DNA from: an uncultured Verrucomicrobiae bacterium
GTDB taxonomy: Bacteria > Verrucomicrobiota > Verrucomicrobiia > Limisphaerales > Palsa-1400
DNA: 64,000 nucleotides
NCBI GenBank assembly: GCA_963702845.1
Contig: OY969763.1
Span: forward strand, 5,792,001 to 5,856,000
Reading direction: 5' to 3'
Both the position numbers and the translations under genes were made by a program. The number at the start of each line of letters is the position of its first letter. The first letter of the stretch is position 1. Shown in pieces: positions 60,703 to 64,000 of the stretch. The notes below the pieces were generated by a model, which worked only from the letters and a program-made list of their open reading frames with translations, was not told where the DNA came from and made no database searches.

Positions 60703-60900
60703 AGCTTTATTTGGGGTGGCGTGATTTGCATTTAGTTGACAGGCTGGATGTTAGGAGAGAACTCGAAGAAACGGATTGCTGACCCGGCCTGAATTCTTTC
60801 ATAAGTTTGATTGAGCCGTTTAAAGCGACAAAATCAGTTTCAGATTACATTTGATGCTCCCGTGGCACAAGTTTTGATCGCGTAATTCCGTATAGGTTTA

Positions 60901-60928
60901 TTGACAAGAATTCCGTATGTGAGAGAAT
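60901..60928 (+). promoter_or_regulatory. Possible sigma70 promoter of the LamG-Ig gene
   Basis: TTGACA at 60901-60906 and gagaat 16 nt later; aattccgta occurs on both sides of the -35 element. Confidence 0.4.
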
Positions 60929-60956
60929 CGCGCGACCTCGAATTACTGGCCCTGCT

Positions 60957-63900
60957 ATGGAAAAATCTACTGTAAGAATTATACGCAACCTACTGTGTGC
61001 CATGCTCCTGCTTTTTTGCGGGACGATGAATGGTCAGACGAACTGCGCTAGTCAACCATCTGGATTGGTGAATTGGTGGAAAGGTGATTCCAATGCGAAT
61101 GACAGTATCGGCACGAGCGGCGGTACGGTGACCGGAACTGTTTCGTATAGCACGGGTGAAGTGGGCAGCGCATTTGCGTTTGTGAACGGCAAGGTCAACT
61201 TCGGAACCAACACGGCAAACTTTGGCACCAATAGTTTTACGGTGGAATTTTGGCTAAAGACTACGGCGCAGGTGTCGGAGAGCTTTGAAATGGCTGTTAT
61301 GGAAAAGCGACCGGCTTGTAATGCGACTCTGTCGTTTTGGGGGATGCGAATGGGTGGGGCGGGGACCGGCGGCAAGCTGATTGTGGAAGCATCGTCGAAT
61401 GCCGCGCAGAATCAGCAGAGCATAATGGCCAACAAGCTGATCAATGACGGAGTGTGGCATCACGTGGCTTTTACGCGTTTCTTCGGAACGATGTCGTTGT
61501 ATCTGGACGGAACGCTGAACATTTCACAAACGAACCCGGCGACAGTGTATCTCAGTAACGCGGTCGGTTTTGTGGTCGGCCAAGGTGTGTGCAGTTGTTG
61601 TTCGGGAACACAGCCTTTTTCCGGGTTTATGGACGAATTGTCGATCTATAACCGCGCGCTGAGCGCTGCGGAGATTTTGTCTGTATATAATGCAGGCACT
61701 TACGGCAAATGCAGTGGTTCCGCGCCGTTCATCACGCAACAACCAACGAGCATTACGGCGCAGACAAACTCGATGGTAGGTTTCTCTGTGCTGGCGACGG
61801 GCACTTTGCCCCTTGGCTATCAGTGGAGTTTTAATTCGAGCCCGATTTCGGGAGCAACTACTTCGAGTTTGACGGTTACCAATGTTCAGGTGGCAAATGC
61901 AGGGTCGTACTCGGTTTTTATCACGAACGCGTTTGGCTCGGCCCAAAGTTCGAATGCGATTTTGACGGTGACAACGGGGAGTGGTGGTGGCGGCGGTGGT
62001 ACGTCGACAAATTGTGCTACGATTTCGGGCCTGACGCATTGGTGGCAAGCGGAAGGAAATGCCCATGACTCGGTCGGAACGAGCGCCGGTACTGCCAGCA
62101 CAGGAATATCATATACGTCAGGCAAGGTTGGTCAGAGTTTTAATTTTGATGGAACTTCCGGCGAAGTGGATATGGATACGAGCACGGGAAATTTTCGCAC
62201 GAACGATTTCACGGTCGAGTTTTGGATGCAGACGTCGTCGTCGGCAAACATGGCAGTCATCGCGAAGCGGGAAGCTTGTGACTTAGATCCCTCTGGCTGG
62301 GACATCGTTATGGGGTATGCCAACGGCGTCCAATACAATGCTGGAACAATCGGCTTTGAAGTCTTTGACCCGACCGAGGCGGATGGACCGGTTGTGCCAA
62401 ATACGACCATTAATGACGGTCTGTGGCACCACGTCGCGCTGACGCGTGCCGGCACAAGTGTGTCCATGTACCTGGACGGCACAATGAGGACAAACATCAC
62501 CATGGCGAGCCTGATCGATTTCACCAACGCCAACCCCTTTCAACTCGGTCGGAACGTTTGTGAGGGTGCCGCCGGAATTCAGCCGTATCAGGGGTTGATG
62601 GATGAAATTTCGATATACAACCGTGCGCTGAGTGCTTCGGAAATTTTGGCGATTTACAACGCTGACACCTTCGGGAAATGCGGTTCAAGCGGTGGCGGTT
62701 CCGCGCCAGTGATCACCCAGCAACCGACGAGCATCACGGCGCAGACGAACTCGATGGCGGGTTTCTCTGTGCTGGCGACGGGCACTTTGCCCCTTACCTA
62801 CCAGTGGAGTTTTAATTCCAGCACAATTTCCGGAGCAACCAATTCGAGTCTGACCATCAACCCTGTTCAATTGACGAATGCCGGGACGTACTCGGTTTTC
62901 GTTACCAACGCGTTCGGTTCGGCTCAAAGTTCCAACGCGATTTTGACAGTGACGACCGGTGGTGGTGGAACGTCAACAAACTGCGCTAGCATCCCGGGCT
63001 TGGTGAATTGGTGGCAAGCGGAGAGCAACGCCCTCGATTCGATCGGTACGAAAAATGGAACTCTTTCTTCGGGAGTGTCTTATTCGTCGGGCAAAGTCGG
63101 CCAGAGTTTTAGTTTCGGCGGAACCGGCGGGGTGACGATGGATACGAGCACGGGAAATTTTCGGACTAACGACTTCACGGTCGAGTTTTGGTTGATGACA
63201 TCGTCATCGCAAATCATGTCGATCATGTCCAAACGACAAGTGTGCAATTTAAATCCCGCCGGCTGGGACATCCTGACGGGGTATGCCAACGGTGTCACCT
63301 ACGCCGCCGGAACGATTGGCATTGAAGTTTTTGACTCCAGCGGCGCGTGGGGACCGGTCGTGCCAAATGTCACGATCAACGATGGACTGTGGCACCACTT
63401 TGCGATGACGCGCGCCGGTAAACTCGTGACCCTTTATCTCGACGGCACACAGAGGACAAACGTCACAACGTCCGGCCTGATCGATTTCACCAACGCCTAC
63501 CCATTCGAACTCGGCTTGGACGTTTGTGGAATGCAGCCTTATCAGGGCAATCTAGATGAAGTGGCGATCTTTAACCGGGCGCTGTCGTTAAGCGAAATCC
63601 AATCGATTTACAGCTCGGGTTATTTGGGCAAGTGTCCCCCTCCGCCGACTGGTCCATCGATTGTGACGCAACCGACGAATGTCGTTGTGGCGGTCGGCAG
63701 CACCTTATCGTTAGGCGTGGGAGCGACGGGGACGGCACCGCTGACGTATAACTGGATTTTCAATGCAACGAATGTCTATGTCACGGCTAGCTCGCCTTTG
63801 ATGATCACGAATGTGCAACTGACGAATGCGGGACCCTATTATGTGGTGGTCACAAATAATTATGGGTCGGCAACCAGTTCGAACGCGGTTTTGGTGGTGG

Positions 63901-64000
63901 GGAATGCGCCAGGACTCACCGCGCAACCGCAGAGCCAGACGGCGCTCCAGTTTACACCAGTGACATTTAACGCGAACGCGACCGGAACTGCGCCCTTGGC
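60957..64000 (+). CDS. Large secreted protein with repeated LamG-like jelly-roll plus Ig-like domains (runs off the window end)
   Basis: Manual translation MEKSTVRIIRNLLCAMLLLFCG..., then three GL..WW..(D/E).NA.DS.G / FTVEFW / DG.WHH.A / DE..I.NRALS units, each followed by an I..QP...Y.W.FN...Y.V..TN..GSA.SS Ig domain. Unit period about 1 kb. Absent from the ORF track, consistent with no stop before the window end. Confidence 0.88.
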   Translation, partial: MEKSTVRIIRNLLCAMLLLFCGTMNGQTNCASQPSGLVNWWKGDSNANDSIGTSGGTVTGTVSYSTGEVGSAFAFVNGKVNFGTNTANFGTNSFTVEFWLKTTAQVSESFEMAVMEKRPACNATLSFWGMRMGGAGTGGKLIVEASSNAAQNQQSIMANKLINDGVWHHVAFTRFFGTMSLYLDGTLNISQTNPATVYLSNAVGFVVGQGVCSCCSGTQPFSGFMDELSIYNRALSAAEILSVYNAGTYGKCSGSAPFITQQPTSITAQTNSMVGFSVLATGTLPLGYQWSFNSSPISGATTSSLTVTNVQVANAGSYSVFITNAFGSAQSSNAILTVTTGSGGGGGGTSTNCATISGLTHWWQAEGNAHDSVGTSAGTASTGISYTSGKVGQSFNFDGTSGEVDMDTSTGNFRTNDFTVEFWMQTSSSANMAVIAKREACDLDPSGWDIVMGYANGVQYNAGTIGFEVFDPTEADGPVVPNTTINDGLWHHVALTRAGTSVSMYLDGTMRTNITMASLIDFTNANPFQLGRNVCEGAAGIQPYQGLMDEISIYNRALSASEILAIYNADTFGKCGSSGGGSAPVITQQPTSITAQTNSMAGFSVLATGTLPLTYQWSFNSSTISGATNSSLTINPVQLTNAGTYSVFVTNAFGSAQSSNAILTVTTGGGGTSTNCASIPGLVNWWQAESNALDSIGTKNGTLSSGVSYSSGKVGQSFSFGGTGGVTMDTSTGNFRTNDFTVEFWLMTSSSQIMSIMSKRQVCNLNPAGWDILTGYANGVTYAAGTIGIEVFDSSGAWGPVVPNVTINDGLWHHFAMTRAGKLVTLYLDGTQRTNVTTSGLIDFTNAYPFELGLDVCGMQPYQGNLDEVAIFNRALSLSEIQSIYSSGYLGKCPPPPTGPSIVTQPTNVVVAVGSTLSLGVGATGTAPLTYNWIFNATNVYVTASSPLMITNVQLTNAGPYYVVVTNNYGSATSSNAVLVVGNAPGLTAQPQSQTALQFTPVTFNANATGTAPL

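Noticed and set aside
61700..63000. ~1-kb direct repeats as a mobile element or diversity-generating template
   Set aside because: They correspond to in-frame LamG-Ig domain duplications with many third-position differences; no reverse transcriptase or recombinase is nearby.
1..64000. CRISPR array, rRNA or tRNA genes
   Set aside because: No regularly spaced direct repeats with unique spacers and no recognisable tRNA or rRNA sequence. The repeats present are palindromic or coding-domain duplications.

Overview
A 64-kb bacterial chromosomal window, probably from Verrucomicrobiota (Pedosphaera/Limisphaerales-like). That assignment is inferred from the PATR, LamG-Ig and S53-Ig secreted proteins and the GTAG-type palindromic repeats. 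Housekeeping genes (lnt, rsmI, cbiX, maf, yicC-gmk, folD, rluB, rpsP-khpA-trmD-rplS) alternate with five blocks. (1) A surface-polysaccharide cluster with a WecB/TagA glycosyltransferase fused to two STAS domains. (2) A methylmalonyl-CoA/transcarboxylase (Wood-Werkman-type propionate) operon. (3) A cluster of a His-containing membrane protein, a 10-CxxCH multiheme cytochrome, a tandem GlcG heme-binding protein and two probable outer-membrane proteins. (4) A ~6.7-kb repeat-rich island between rluB and a PfkB kinase. It holds an orphan Mu-like gp27/gp28 terminase pair (large-subunit gene bracketed by 70-bp inverted repeats and carrying an in-frame 120-bp palindromic insert), a DUF2971-like gene, a TIR-like gene and an unknown 369-aa gene. 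(5) Two large divergent secreted repeat proteins. At least six genes carry 1-bp indels that look like long-read consensus errors. I saw no rRNA, tRNA, CRISPR array, integrase or transposase. All family calls are by eye; no database searches were run.
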